DNA of 63,703 bases, filler included, from Octopus bimaculoides (Eukaryota): NCBI RefSeq assembly GCF_001194135.2. It is 7 parts of 6 records of this genome, joined end to end, with 100 filler letters (N's around TTAATTAATTAA, not from the genome) between each part and the next. Parts side by side here need not be neighbours in the genome. Positions count along the whole stretch, not along the records: positions 23,573 to 34,202 come from NC_069003.1; positions 34,303 to 42,951 come from NC_068997.1; 5 more parts are not named here. One strand, written 5' to 3'. Shown here in pieces: positions 26,612 to 39,620 of the stretch; the first letter of the stretch is position 1, and the number at the start of each line of letters is the position of its first letter. The position numbers were made by a program, and so were the translations under genes. The notes beneath the pieces were generated by a model. The model searched no databases. It was not told where the DNA came from and was given only the letters and a program-made list of their open reading frames with translations.

Positions 26612-27529
26612 NNNNNNNNNNNNNNNNNNNNNNNNNNNNNNNNNNNNNNNNNNNNNNNNNNNNNNNNNNNNNNNNNNNNNNNNNNNNNNNNNNNNNNNNN
26701 NNNNNNNNNNNNNNNNNNNNNNNNNNNNNNNNNNNNNNNNNNNNNNNNNNNNNNNNNNNNNNNNNNNNNNNNNNNNNNNNNNNNNNNNNNNNNNNNNAGG
26801 GCTAAAATCGAAGGACACTTGCCTAAGGGGCCACGCAGTGGAACCGAACTCGAAACAACGTGGTTTTGCAAAGTAAGCTTTTAAGCACATTTCTCCTTCA
26901 GGCGGCTGATTTTTCAAGAAATACACGACAAGAGAGTTTTTGCTTGCTGTTGCAGTATGGATATATTATTTGCAGATGCGTATATTCTGGGTGTGCGATA
27001 TATGTGCGCTGTCTATCCGCCGAAGATGTTAAATACATCACGAATCTTAAACGCACTCAATAATATATATAATTATGGGACCACAATGGGAAAGCCATTT
27101 TTTTTGTCCCCTCTTATAAAATGCCGGGCGGTAGTCGTTCTTAAAATAGCTGTACGCCCCACAGATAATTGTATGTATCACAGTATGGCACTGTAAGGAT
27201 GGTAAGATAACGATGCTTTCAATTTAGCTTTAGGTCCTCCGGCGCTGCTCAGCGCATTGGGCGCTGAAAGATAATGATGGGGGTGACAGAAATTATGACC
27301 GAACTCAACGGTGAACGACATTCCAGCAACACACATCCCGTGGTCGTTAAAAGTGAAGTTTGTGTTGAAAACTCGTTAAGTGAAACTAATTTCCTTTTGT
27401 TATAATTTCTGTTGCAAGTATTACGAGAGATAATTTGCTTGTTATTTGTTTTCGAAATCTAATAACAAACGCGCAAAGACAACGATTGTATTCTTGTATT
27501 CTTGTATTCTTTTATTCTTTTATTCTTTC

Positions 27530-28045
27530 ACTTGTTGCAGTCATCTGACTGCGGCCATGCTGGAGCACCACCTTAAAGGGTTTGAGTTTGAACAAATCGC
27601 TCCCACTTTGTAAACCGAGTACTTATCTTAATGTCTACTTTTGCCGAGCCGCTAAGTTACGGGGACATAAACACACCAGAATCGGTTGTCAAGCAATAGT
27701 GGGGAGACAAACACAGACACATACACAAAAATACATACATACATACATGTATATGTGACCGCGTGTGTATCGTTAGCGATTTTCTTTCTCCGTCTTCCCT
27801 TCCTTGGACTTTTCCTATATTTCTGACGAAGAGCTCCGCGCGAAACATGAAATCCTCTTTCTTTTCTTTCCTGTGCGTCCAATAACACAGTGCTTGTACC
27901 ACGTCCTCGCGTTGTTGTTTTTTCTTGCTTGTTCTTGTTTGGATTATATATACACACACACACATCTGTGTGTGTGTATACACACAACGGGTTTCTTTCA
28001 GTTTCCGTCTACCAAATCCACTCGCAAGGCTTTGGTCGGCCCGAG
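27530..28045 (-). mobile_element. Composite B-D SINE with an extra internal insertion
   Basis: D part at 27530-27720 and B part at 27985-28045. About 170 bp of unrelated sequence sits in the central microsatellite. Confidence 0.75.
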
Positions 28046-28209
28046 TAGCTGGACAGGAGAACACACGCAACCGTGCGCGCGCACACACGCATACACACGC
28101 GCGCGCGCGCACATAGATTGTATACGACGGGGACATAAACAAACTAACACCGGTTGTCCAGCAGCGGTGGTGACAAGTACACACACAGGCACACACGCGA
28201 TCCTATACA

Positions 28210-28400
28210 CGTGGAGGCGCGTGGCTTGGTGGTTAGGGTCGTAAGATTGTGGTTTCGATTCCTGGACCGGACGACGCGTTGTGTTCTTGAGCAAAACACT
28301 TCATTTTACGTTGCTCCAGTCCACACAGCTGGCAAAAATGAGTAATCTTGCGACGGCTCGGTATCCCGTCCAGGTAGGGAATATATACACCGTGGAAACC
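28210..28400 (+). mobile_element. tRNA-derived CORE-like SINE (family C)
   Basis: gtggcttggtggttaggg...gtttcgattcctgg...gtgttcttgagcaaaacactt...gctccagtccacacagctggc. Confidence 0.8.
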
Positions 28401-29202
28401 GGAAAAGCGGCCCTTAAGGAAACTTTGCCTTTACTTTTCACACACATATTCGATGGCCTTCTGCAGATTTTTCCTCTACCAACTTCACACACAACGCATT
28501 TATCAACCCAGAGCTATATATGGAAGACATTTACCTTAAGGTGCCGCGTATTGGGGCCGAACCCGAAACCACACGGCCGCAAAGCGAACTTCTTAACCAA
28601 ACAGCCATAAGTCATCAGCACGAGCGTTTGTTATAATTCTTTTTAAAATAATATTTAAACCAGAGTTGTAAGCGCAGCACGGAAGCACAGTAAGCATCCG
28701 CTGTCACAATAACCATCCAACGGCACTGATTATCAGAGGTCGTTGTCGTTATGTGACACAGGTTTCGGTGTAACCGCCCGCTGTTGCCCATCATGATGCT
28801 AATTGCTCTACGTAGTTAGTTTTAGGATACATATATTGGAAGACAATTATTCGCCAGTTTTGTTGTTATTCTATGTATGGCTTATTTTCACTGTTGTTGT
28901 TGTTGGTGGTGGTGGTATTGGTGGTGGTGGTGGTGGTGGTGTTATTTCCTTGTTTAGTGTTTCTGTAAAACTTAGTTTATATTTGGATTGCGCGTGGTTT
29001 TTGGTGTTTTGTATTCAACGCTGTCTCCAGCTTTTAATGAGACAGGTTATTTTTGGTGTGCAATTAGGGATGTAGTTTTAGTTTACGTTGTTGTTTTGTG
29101 TGTGATGTGTATCTACACCGAGACAAATATTATGTATTATATATATAAAAAAATATATATATATATAATATATACTATATATAAAATTTACATTATATAT
29201 AT

Positions 29203-29420
29203 AAGGCGAGCTGGCAGAATCGTTAGCATGCCAGTCGAAATGCTTAGTGGTGTTTTGTGTGCCACTACGTTCTGAGTTCAAATTCTGCCGAGGTCGACTT
29301 TGCCTTTCGTCCGTTCGAGGTCGATGAAATAAGTACTAGTTATGCACTGGAGTCGATGTGATCGACTAGTCCCCTTCCCCTCGCCAAAAAATTTTCAAGG
29401 CCTTGTGCCTAGAGTAGAAA
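29203..29420 (+). mobile_element. SINE family A, full length
   Basis: ggcgagctggcagaatcgttagca...gagttcaaattctgccgaggtcgactttgcc...gccttgtgcctagagtagaaa. Confidence 0.9.
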
Positions 29421-29890
29421 TACTTATATTTATTCTTTATTCTTTTACTTGTTTCAGTCATTTNNNNNNNNNNNNNNNNNNNNNNNNNNNNNNNNNNNNN
29501 NNNNNNNNNNNNNNNNNNNNNNNNNNNNNNNNNNNNNNNNNNNNNNNNNNNNNNNNNNNNNNNNNNNNNNNNNNNNNNNNNNNNNNNNNNNNNNNNNNNN
29601 NNNNNNNNNNNNNNNNNNNNNNNNNNNNNNNNNNNNNNNNNNNNNNNNNNNNNNNNNNNNNNNNNNNNNNNNNNNNNNNNNNNNNNNNNNNNNNNNNNNN
29701 NNNNNNNNNNNNNNNNNNNNNNNNNNNNNNNNNNNNNNNNNNNNNNNNNNNNNNNNNNNNNNNNNNNNNNNNNNNNNNNNNNNNNNNNNNNNNNNNNNNN
29801 NNNNNNNNNNNNNNNNNNNNNNNNNNNNNNNNNNNNNNNNNNNNNNNNNNNNNNNNNNNNNNNNNNNNNNNNNNNNNNNNNNNNNATATA

Positions 29891-29959
29891 CATTGCTATA
29901 TTTGGGGATGGTCATATCATGCCAATTAAACATTGCTATATTTGGAGATGGTCATATCA
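29891..29959. repeat. Tandem duplication, 40-bp period
   Basis: cattgctatatttgg(g/a)gatggtcatatca at 29891 and 29931. Confidence 0.9.
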
Positions 29960-31264
29960 AACTTCACCTCTATCACTTTCCTCCTCCTCCTCTCGTCCTC
30001 GTCTTCCACCTCCTATTCCTCCTCCTCCTCCACCACCTCCTCATTCCTCCAACTGCTACTCTCTTACTCTGTCAGTGATTCTGTTTCCTTATTTTCTTAC
30101 TCCCCACCTCGTCGCCATTATAGTCGTTGTCGTCTTAATTCTCATCATCATGGTCGTCATCCTCCTAATCATACCACCACCACCACCACCACCACCACCA
30201 TCACCACCACCGTCGTCGTTGTCATCCTCTCCTCTCCTCCCCCCTCTCTCTCTTTTATCACTCTGTCCACTGATATGGAGATGCGTCTTTCGTCAGTTGA
30301 ACTTACCACATTCAAATAAATTACTAAATGGTTGAGACAAGAGAGGCTTTGGACAGATTAACAAGGAATCATTATAAGACTTGACTCCACCGCCTCCTCT
30401 TGAATACTCCCCCCTCTGCCCGTCCCTCTCCACCACCCGTGGACCACGTTTTCATTACCCCTCCTTACTAGAGTATCTCTCTCCTCTATCTCTTGCCCAC
30501 CTCTACCTCACGTCTGTCCCACTCCTTACTAATTCCTTCTAGGTTCTACGTGTCGATAGGGAGCCTGTACTTGGTCGCGCGGTCTGCTTGAAATAACTGC
30601 TAAATTTCTCTTGACCCTCATCAATGCTGTCTTAAATAGACAGATATCTAAAATTAACATGAATATTATATTTAGAAAAAAATTTTTTTTAAGGTGATGT
30701 GTGAATAAAAGACGTGATGTTCACGGTTGGAATGCTTTTGATCATTGATCCTTTATATAATTAGGGCTGACCCAGAGTTAAACAGCTATTGCTTCTCATT
30801 CAGCCCCAAGGGAAGAGCTCAAGTGATTCACCCCACATCACCTCAGTTCTTGATTTTGTACTTTATTTTACCAAACCCTGGAACAATGAAAAACGAATTT
30901 AACTCTGCCAGAATTTGAACCCAGAACGTTAAAGATCGGACGAAATAGTACAACGCCTTAACGGTTCTGCCCAGCCCCAAAGTTTCTCGCTATCATCACC
31001 CTGTTGTTTCTTTCAGTCACTGGACTACAGCCATACTGGAAATACCGCTTTCAAAGGGTTGGTTGATCAAATCGACCACAATACATTCTTCTTTTTTTTT
31101 TTACATTCTGGTACTTAGTCTATCAATATCTTTTGTCGAACAGCTTAGTTAGGAGGTTGTAAGCAAACCAACAGCGGTTGTCAACTCGTGTAGTAGGACA
31201 TACACAAGCACACATACGCACATACATTATACTATTACATACACATACACATATGTATATACAT

Positions 31265-31390
31265 GCTTCCCAACCACATGGTTCTGGGTTCAGTCCCACT
31301 GCGTGGCACCTTGGGCAAGTGTCTTCTACTATAACTCCGTGAGTGGCTTTGGCAGACGGAAACTGAAAGAAGCCCGTCGTGTGTATGTGT
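31265..31390 (+). mobile_element. SINE family B head
   Basis: gcttcccaaccacatggttctgggttcagtcccactgcgtggcaccttgggcaagtgtcttc...gaaagaagcccgtcg. Confidence 0.85.
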
Positions 31391-32039
31391 ATATATATAT
31401 ATATATGTGTGTGTGTGTGNNNNNNNNNNNNNNNNNNNNNNNNNNNNNNNNNNNNNNNNNNNNNNNNNNNNNNNNNNNNNNNNNNNNNNNNNNNNNNNNN
31501 NNNNNNNNNNNNNNNNNNNNNNNNNNNNNNNNNNNNNNNNNNNNNNNNNNNNNNNNNNNNNNNNNNNNNNNNNNNNNNNNNNNNNNNNNNNNNNNNNNNN
31601 NNNNNNNNNNNNNNNNNNNNNNNNNNNNNNNNNNNNNNNNNNNNNNNNNNNNNNNNNNNNNNNNNNNNNNNNNNNNNNNNNNNNNNNNNNNNNNNNNNNN
31701 NNNNNNNNNNNNNNNNNNNNNNNNNNNNNNNNNNNNNNNNNNNNNNNNNNNNNNNNNNNNNNNNNNNNNNNNNNNNNNNNNNNNNNNNNNNNNNNNNNNN
31801 NNNNNNNNNNNNNNNNNNNNNNNNNNNNNNNNNNNNNNNNNNNNNNNNNNNNNNNNNNNNNNNNNNNNNNNNNNNNNNNNNNNNNNNNNNNNNNNNNNNN
31901 NNNNNNNNNNNNNNNNNNNNNNNNNNNNNNNNNNNNNNNNNNNNNNNNNNNNNNNNNNNNNNNNNNNNNNNNNNNNNNNNNNNNNNNNNNNNNNNNNTGT
32001 GTAAGGGAGAGAAAGACAGCATGTGAGAGTGGGTGATGG

Positions 32040-32082
<43 letters not shown>

Positions 32083-32837
32083 GGTGTTTGTTCGAAAGAT
32101 ACAGAGAAAGACAAAAGGAGGCTGTGAGATGTTATCATTGTGTTTGTATACGTGTATTAATGTGTGTGTGCGTGTGTGAAACAAAGATGGAGACAAAGAA
32201 GACAGACAGACAGACAAGGAGTGTGTGTACGTGCGTTTGTTCCATAGAGTGTTTAAGAGGAAGGGTTAAATGATGTACCGAGAGCAAGCGTGTTTGTGTG
32301 TGTGTGTGTGTGCGTGTTTGTGCGTGTGTGTGTGTTTGTGTGTGTGTGTATGCGTATTTGTTTGTGTGTGGGAGTGTGTGAAAGTCTGTGTATGTGTATG
32401 AGAGTGGGTGTATGTGTGATAGTGTTCATGTGTGTGAAAGTGTGTATGTATGTGAGACAGATTGTATGTGAATGTGTGTATGTGCGCGTGCGTGCGCACA
32501 TACTCACACAGTCACACAGCCATAATNNNNNNNNNNNNNNNNNNNNNNNNNNNNNNNNNNNNNNNNNNNNNNNNNNNNNNNNNNNNNNNNNNNNNNNNNN
32601 NNNNNNNNNNNNNNNNNNNNNNNNNNNNNNNNNNNNNNNNNNNNNNNNNNNNNNNNNNNNNNNNNNNNNNNNNNNNNNNNNNNNNNNNNNNNNNNNNNNN
32701 NNNNNNNNNNNNNNNNNNNNNNNNNNNNNNNNNNNNNNNNNNNNNNNNNNNNNNNNNNNNNNNNNNNNNNNNNNNNNNNNNNNNNNNNNNNNNNNNNNNN
32801 NNNNNNNNNNNNNNNNNGGAATCAACGAGAGAGTCCA

Positions 32838-32878
<41 letters not shown>

Positions 32879-32915
32879 GTCTGTCTGTCTGTCTGTCTGT
32901 CTGCCTGTCCATCCG

Positions 32916-32949
<34 letters not shown>

Positions 32950-33199
32950 ACCTTGACTTTCTGTGCCGTTCGCTGGTTTTTGAAGAAGAGCTGCGTCGCC
33001 ATTCCATTGGCTGAACGTTCATTTTCGGATCATAAAGATATGCCTACGTTTCATCTGTCACCAAAACGAGAGAAAAAAATGTAAAAAAAAAAAATTTTTT
33101 TAAATGAAAAGANNNNNNNNNNNNNNNNNNNNNNNNNNNNNNNNNNNNNNNNNNNNNNNNNNNNNNNNNNNNNNNNNNNNNNNNNNNNNNNNNNNNNNN

Positions 33200-33800
33200 T
33201 CTTCTTCAAATCGTGTGTCAACTGCCGAGGTATTCACTTTGCACGCACTTTCGAACGCCTCAAGTTTTCCACCTTCTGTAATGTATTCTTTTCTGCTCTA
33301 AGCACAATACCTAAAATTTGGGTGGGGTGGGGGCCAATCGATTAGATCGACCCCAGTATGCAACTGGTACTTAATTTATCGACCCCGAAGGGATGAAAGG
33401 CAAAGTCGACCACGGCGGAATTTGAACTTGGAACGTAAAGACAGACGAAATACCCCTTCTGTAATGTATCGTGACCACTGTTTAGTTGTGCAACAAGTTC
33501 ATAGATTGTGACTTGTCTCTTGGCACGAATCAACCCAGCCATGCAATGGATATTTGTATCGGTGCTACCAGTTGATTATCTCTCACACTGCGTGGTTCGC
33601 CTTCACTGTTTGTTTTCTATTCTTTAAACTTCATCCATCTCTACACGTAGCCTTTGTAGCCCTGCTATTAGTGTCGGACAGCCTGCAGCCTCCTTCTTTC
33701 GTCAACAACTCAACGACGTCACTTTGTTTCCGTTTGGAACCCATCATTTTCATGTAGTGAACAACAGGAAGACGAGTTAATCCAGAGAAAGTGTTCCCCC
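33200..33800 (-). mobile_element. Old mariner N-terminal fragment interrupted by a SINE
   Basis: MGSKRKQSDVVELLTKEG...LIRAKRQVTIYELVAQLNSGHDTLQK, resuming after the SINE as LQKVENLRRSKVRAK*IPRQLT (decayed KVCARWVPRQLT). Confidence 0.75.
33287..33454 (-). mobile_element. 5'-truncated SINE (family A) with a 15-bp target-site duplication
   Basis: ccttctgtaatgtat at 33272-33286 and 33455-33469 flanks the SINE body (gttcaaattccgcc..ggtcgactttgcctttcatcc). Confidence 0.9.
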
Positions 33801-34084
33801 TACAAACATCTGCAATTTGAACGCCTTACGTCTCTTAATTATAAGGTTTTGCTCACTTTTGCATTATTTTCGGCACAACCCTCTTATACGGTCGATTCTT
33901 ATTTTATTAACCATGAGAGGTGGCGCAGGACACTTTTTTCCTCGCTCTAACGAGGACTTTCCTTTCCAGCCTAATATTTTGTTACTCTGTGACATGGTGT
34001 TGTTACATCCATTGTTTATTACTTTGCAATGTGTCACTGTCACTACCATTGTCTGTCTTCCTTTAACATATTGTTTGCATCTAC

Positions 34085-34202
34085 TGTGTGGAGGCGCAAT
34101 GGCCCAGTGGTTAGGGCAGTGGACTCGCGGTTTCGATTCCCAGACCGGACGTTGTGAGTGTTTATTAAGCGAAAACACCTAAAGCTCCACGAGGCTCTGG
34201 CA
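34085..34202 (+). mobile_element. tRNA-derived SINE head, cut by scaffold end
   Basis: tggcccagtggttagggcag (A box) and gtttcgattcccagacc (B box). Confidence 0.75.
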
Positions 34203-34302
34203 NNNNNNNNNNNNNNNNNNNNNNNNNNNNNNNNNNNNNNNNNNNNTTAATTAATTAANNNNNNNNNNNNNNNNNNNNNNNNNNNNNNNNNNNNNNNNNN
34301 NN
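34203..34302. other. Artificial scaffold spacer
   Basis: 44 N + TTAATTAATTAA + 44 N. Confidence 0.95.
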
Positions 34303-34600
34303 ACATACACCGACACGCATAGATGCATACAAGCATAGATATTCGTATATAATTACATACATAAGTAGATTAAATGCGTGCGTAGAAAGATATGCATACA
34401 TGGAATACTTACCTTCATATACCAAATATACATACATAAACACATGCACACACACACACATAAAGACACACATCCAAACATACACGCATATACATTTATA
34501 CGGCCGCTTACAGAGGTTGTCCTGTTATATGATCTCGCTCTCTCTCTCTCTCCCACACTCTCTCCGTTCTCTCTCTCTCTCTATTTTTCTTTCCTAATAC

Positions 34601-34704
<104 letters not shown>

Positions 34705-35161
34705 GTGTCTCCTTTCTTTCAGGATGAAGTCATCCTAGGTGAACGACATAGCTCTGGTCGCTTCACTGCTCACCGGAACTGGCAGGCCAGAGTCTTTTAT
34801 GTGGCAGCCATTGTAACATCTGCATTTCTCAACACTCACTCTACGGAACATTCTGGAATAACAATTTATGTATTACCAGAAATGATGGACTTTCATTTCG
34901 GCTTTAATTCATTCTTCTTCTTGTAGTTTCAAGGAGTGCTGTTGCTTGTGTATGTCTATATGTGTGTGCCCGCGCTCGCACGTGTATTTGTGCATACGTA
35001 CGTGTACGTATATATTCATGCATATATATATATATATGTGTATATGTAAGAAAACTACATGTACGTGTGTACATACATAGATATACACGCACAAATATAC
35101 ATACACACATATGTATGTATATATGTGCGTGTGTGTGTATGTGTAAATGGATATATATATG

Positions 35162-35232
<71 letters not shown>

Positions 35233-35863
35233 NNNNNNNNNNNNNNNNNNNNNNNNNNNNNNNNNNNNNNNNNNNNNNNNNNNNNNNNNNNNNNNNNNNN
35301 NNNNNNNNNNNNNNNNNNNNNNNNNNNNNNNNNNNNNNNNNNNNNNNNNNNNNNNNNNNNNNNNNNNNNNNNNNNNNNNNNNNNNNNNNNNNNNNNNNNN
35401 NNNNNNNNNNNNNNNNNNNNNNNNNNNNNNNNNNNNNNNNNNNNNNNNNNNNNNNNNNNNNNNNNNNNNNNNNNNNNNNNNNNNNNNNNNNNNNNNNNNN
35501 NNNNNNNNNNNNNNNNNNNNNNNNNNNNNNNNNNNNNNNNNNNNNNNNNNNNNNNNNNNNNNNNNNNNNNNNNNNNNNNNNNNNNNNNNNNNNNNNNNNN
35601 NNNNNNNNNNNNNNNNNNNNNNNNNNNNNNNNNNNNNNNNNNNNNNNNNNNNNNNNNNNNNNNNNNNNNNNNNNNNNNNNNNNNNNNNNNNNNNNNNNNN
35701 NNNNNNNNNNNNNNNNNNNNNNNNNNNNNNNNNNNNNNNNNNNNNNNNNNNNNNNNNNNNNNNNNNNNNNNNNNNNNNNNNNNNNNNNNNNNNNNNNNNN
35801 NNNNNNNNNNNNNNNNNNNNNNNNNNNNNNNNNNNNNNNNNNNNNNNNNNNNNNNNNNNNNNN

Positions 35864-35947
<84 letters not shown>

Positions 35948-36240
35948 ATCCATCCTCAGTATAGGAAAGCTCTCCATATCGTCTCTCCAGGGATCGGTTT
36001 CTGTATGGCTTAACAAATTTAGCAAATGTGATACACATAAGACCCAGTGGAATTGGAATTAGGGATCTATTGCCGGCTGACTTTTTCCAGTCTTGTGGAT
36101 CTGATCTCAAGCAGCGCCTTTAAATACGAACCTATGGGCCTGACAGCAAGTACAAGCTACTCCCAGTTCAATGCCAAGAGAAATCAACGCAGTTACTGAG
36201 CTGTATATAACGGGTAGGACGAACGATGCCACTACATATA

Positions 36241-36279
<39 letters not shown>

Positions 36280-36892
36280 NNNNNNNNNNNNNNNNNNNNN
36301 NNNNNNNNNNNNNNNNNNNNNNNNNNNNNNNNNNNNNNNNNNNNNNNNNNNNNNNNNNNNNNNNNNNNNNNNNNNNNNNNNNNNNNNNNNNNNNNNNNNN
36401 NNNNNNNNNNNNNNNNNNNNNNNNNNNNNNNNNNNNNNNNNNNNNNNNNNNNNNNNNNNNNNNNNNNNNNNNNNNNNNNNNNNNNNNNNNNNNNNNNNNN
36501 NNNNNNNNNNNNNNNNNNNNNNNNNNNNNNNNNNNNNNNNNNNNNNNNNNNNNNNNNNNNNNNNNNNNNNNNNNNNNNNNNNNNNNNNNNNNNNNNNNNN
36601 NNNNNNNNNNNNNNNNNNNNNNNNNNNNNNNNNNNNNNNNNNNNNNNNNNNNNNNNNNNNNNNNNNNNNNNNNNNNNNNNNNNNNNNNNNNNNNNNNNNN
36701 NNNNNNNNNNNNNNNNNNNNNNNNNNNNNNNNNNNNNNNNNNNNNNNNNNNNNNNNNNNNNNNNNNNNNNNNNNNNNNNNNNNNNNNNNNNNNNNNNNNN
36801 NNNNNNNNNNNNNAACCGGAAACTGCATGACTACAAAGTGAGATTATTACCAACACAATCTTCGCCCATTTAACGTTTTATTTTTCATTTTT

Positions 36893-37460
36893 AATATTTC
36901 GCAGTACTTAGGCGGCGTGCTGGCCGAAACGTTAGCACGCCGGGCGAAATTCTTACCGATATTTCGCTTGTTTTTACGTTCTGAGTTCAAATTCCGCCGA
37001 GGTCGACATTGCGTTTCATCCTTTCGGGGTCGATAAATTAAGTACCAGTTGCATACCGGAGTCGATCTAATCGACTGCCCCCCACCCCAAAATTTCGAGC
37101 CTTTTGCATAGAATCGAAAAGAATATTTCGCAGTGCTAAAGCGGCGAGCCGGCAGAACCGTCAGTGCGCCAGATTAATTGCTTAGCAGCATTTCGTTCGT
37201 CCTTATGTTCTGAGTGGAAATTCCAACGAGCTCGACTCTGCCTTTTATCCTTTAGAGATCGATATCTGTGGAGCAGTGGGTTCGATGTCAATGATTTACC
37301 GCTCCCTCCTCTGAAACTAGCAGCCTTGCGTCAAATTTTGAAGCCTATATTTCGCAATGCTAAGTTAGCAAACTGGAAGAATTGTTACTTCACCGAGGGA
37401 AAAAAATGCTTCCGACTTCACGTTCAGAGTTTAAATACCGCCTGGGTCGACACAATAAGT
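36893..37460 (+). mobile_element. Three head-to-tail SINE family A units
   Basis: Units start at about 36910, 37139 and 37363, each preceded by atatttcgca(g/a)t(a/g)ct(t/a)a. Confidence 0.8.
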
Positions 37461-37644
37461 ATCTGACTTAGAAAATAGATACTGCAAGGCGGTGCTTCAG
37501 TTTGGCCGAACAAAGCCTTATGAGTAGATTTGGTAGACGGAAACTGAAAGACGTCCGCCTGAAATTTGGAGGATGGGATGCTACAGCATGGCCGCAGTTA
37601 AATGACTGAAACAAGTAAAAGAATAAACACAAATATACATACGT

Positions 37645-37710
<66 letters not shown>

Positions 37711-38450
37711 CTTCGTGACTCGCGCACCACAACTTGTCAACCGGACTTGTGTTTGTGTTTGTGTTGTTCCATGTAACTTAGCAGTTCGGCAACAGAATCC
37801 GATAGAATAAATGCCAGGCTTAAAAAGAAAAAGAAATACTGGAGTGAATTACTTCGACTAAAATCCCTCGAAGCGGAATCCAAGCATGGCCGCAGTCCAA
37901 TGATTGGAGCAAGTAAACGGTGAAAGGTAAAGGTTATGTCGTGTCACTGATCGGCCTACAGCTATGCTGAGGCATCGCATTGAAGAGTTTAGTAGAACAA
38001 ATTGACCCCTGTACTTCTTACTGAACTTTGGTACTTATTTTATCGGTGTCGTTTTTCCGAACCGCTAAACACGTGGACGTAACAAACCAACACCGGAGGG
38101 TGGGGAGAAACACCAATATAAAAACACACAGACACAAAATTACACCAACACACGTGTGTGTGTGTGTGTGTTTCTCCTCTTGATTTCTGTGGCGGCGGGA
38201 GAGGGAGTGCTAATCGATTAAACTTGGCCTTATTGCTCGACAGGTACTTATTTTATCGACCCCCAGAAGGATGAAAGGCAACGACGAAAGATAATTTGGG
38301 GATTGCCAGCAATGTGACTAACAGTTTGAGAAGTGACATGCGCGAAACTCCCCGCCATAGATATAGTCACAGTTGTAACTTTCTGACCGATTGAAAATAT
38401 TGCACACACACACACACGCACACACACACACAAACACACATTTTATATAA

Positions 38451-38482
<32 letters not shown>

Positions 38483-38820
38483 NNNNNNNNNNGTGTGTGC
38501 ATATATGTTTATAGCAGGTGTCTCTTGCTATTTAATCGACGACATGCAATATTTAATATATCAAAGGTTTTTAAATGAAGTTGGCTACGGAGTACGTGGA
38601 CCCCTTTTTTCTCCCAGCTGTCTCTCATAAAATGCATAAAAGATTAATATTAAAATCGCATTTGTTATATGCATTCGTTTATATATAACTCAGCGGGAAT
38701 TGCATGTTCTGCATACATGCAGGAAATGACATTGATACACGTATACATACACACACACACGCACATATATATATTACCATACATGACAATAACATGTATA
38801 CACATACACATATGTGTGTG

Positions 38821-38855
<35 letters not shown>

Positions 38856-39339
38856 NNNNNNNNNNNNNNNNNNNNNNNNNNNNNNNNNNNNNNNNNNNNN
38901 NNNNNNNNNNNNNNNNNNNNNNNNNNNNNNNNNNNNNNNNNNNNNNNNNNNNNNNNNNNNNNNNNNNNNNNNNNNNNNNNNNNNNNNNNNNNNNNNNNNN
39001 NNNNNNNNNNNNNNNNNNNNNNNNNNNNNNNNNNNNNNNNNNNNNNNNNNNNNNNNNNNNNNNNNNNNNNNNNNNNNNNNNNNNNNNNNNNNNNNNNNNN
39101 NNNNNNNNNNNNNNNNNNNNNNNNNNNNNNNNNNNNNNNNNNNNNNNNNNNNNNNNNNNNNNNNNNNNNNNNNNNNNNNNNNNNNNNNNNNNNNNNNNNN
39201 NNNNNNNNNNNNNNNNNNNNNNNNNNNNNNNNNNNNNNNNNNNNNNNNNNNNNNNNNNNNNNNNNNNNNNNNNNNNNNNNNNNNNNNNNNNNNNNNNNNN
39301 NNNNNACATATTGCTTCTTCATGCTTGGCTATTATTCCA

Positions 39340-39620
39340 TCAAATACTTTTGCCGAACTACTCAATTACGGTGACGTAAACAAACACCTGTTGTCAAGCG
39401 GCGTGGAGCGGGAGACAAATATACAATCACAAAGACATCTTTCACACAAACACACACTCACACACCTTCACATACACATATATCTACATACATTCGACGG
39501 GCTTCCATGCAGTTTCCGTCTACCAGATTCATTCGGAAGACGTTAGTTGGTCCATGACTATAGTAAAAACACACTCGCCCTAGGTACAGTGTACCGGGGC
39601 TAAACCAGAACCCACGTGCT
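39340..39620 (-). mobile_element. Composite B-D SINE
   Basis: ttttgccgaac...ttgtcaagcg, then CA repeats, then cgacgggcttccatgcagtttccgtctacc. Confidence 0.75.

Noticed and set aside
34715-34860. NWQARVFYVAAIV, resembling the last SLC17 exon (EWQ.VFYIAA)
   Set aside because: The spacing has an extra residue, the flanking residues do not fit TM11-12, and it lies on a different concatenated scaffold. Judged coincidental.
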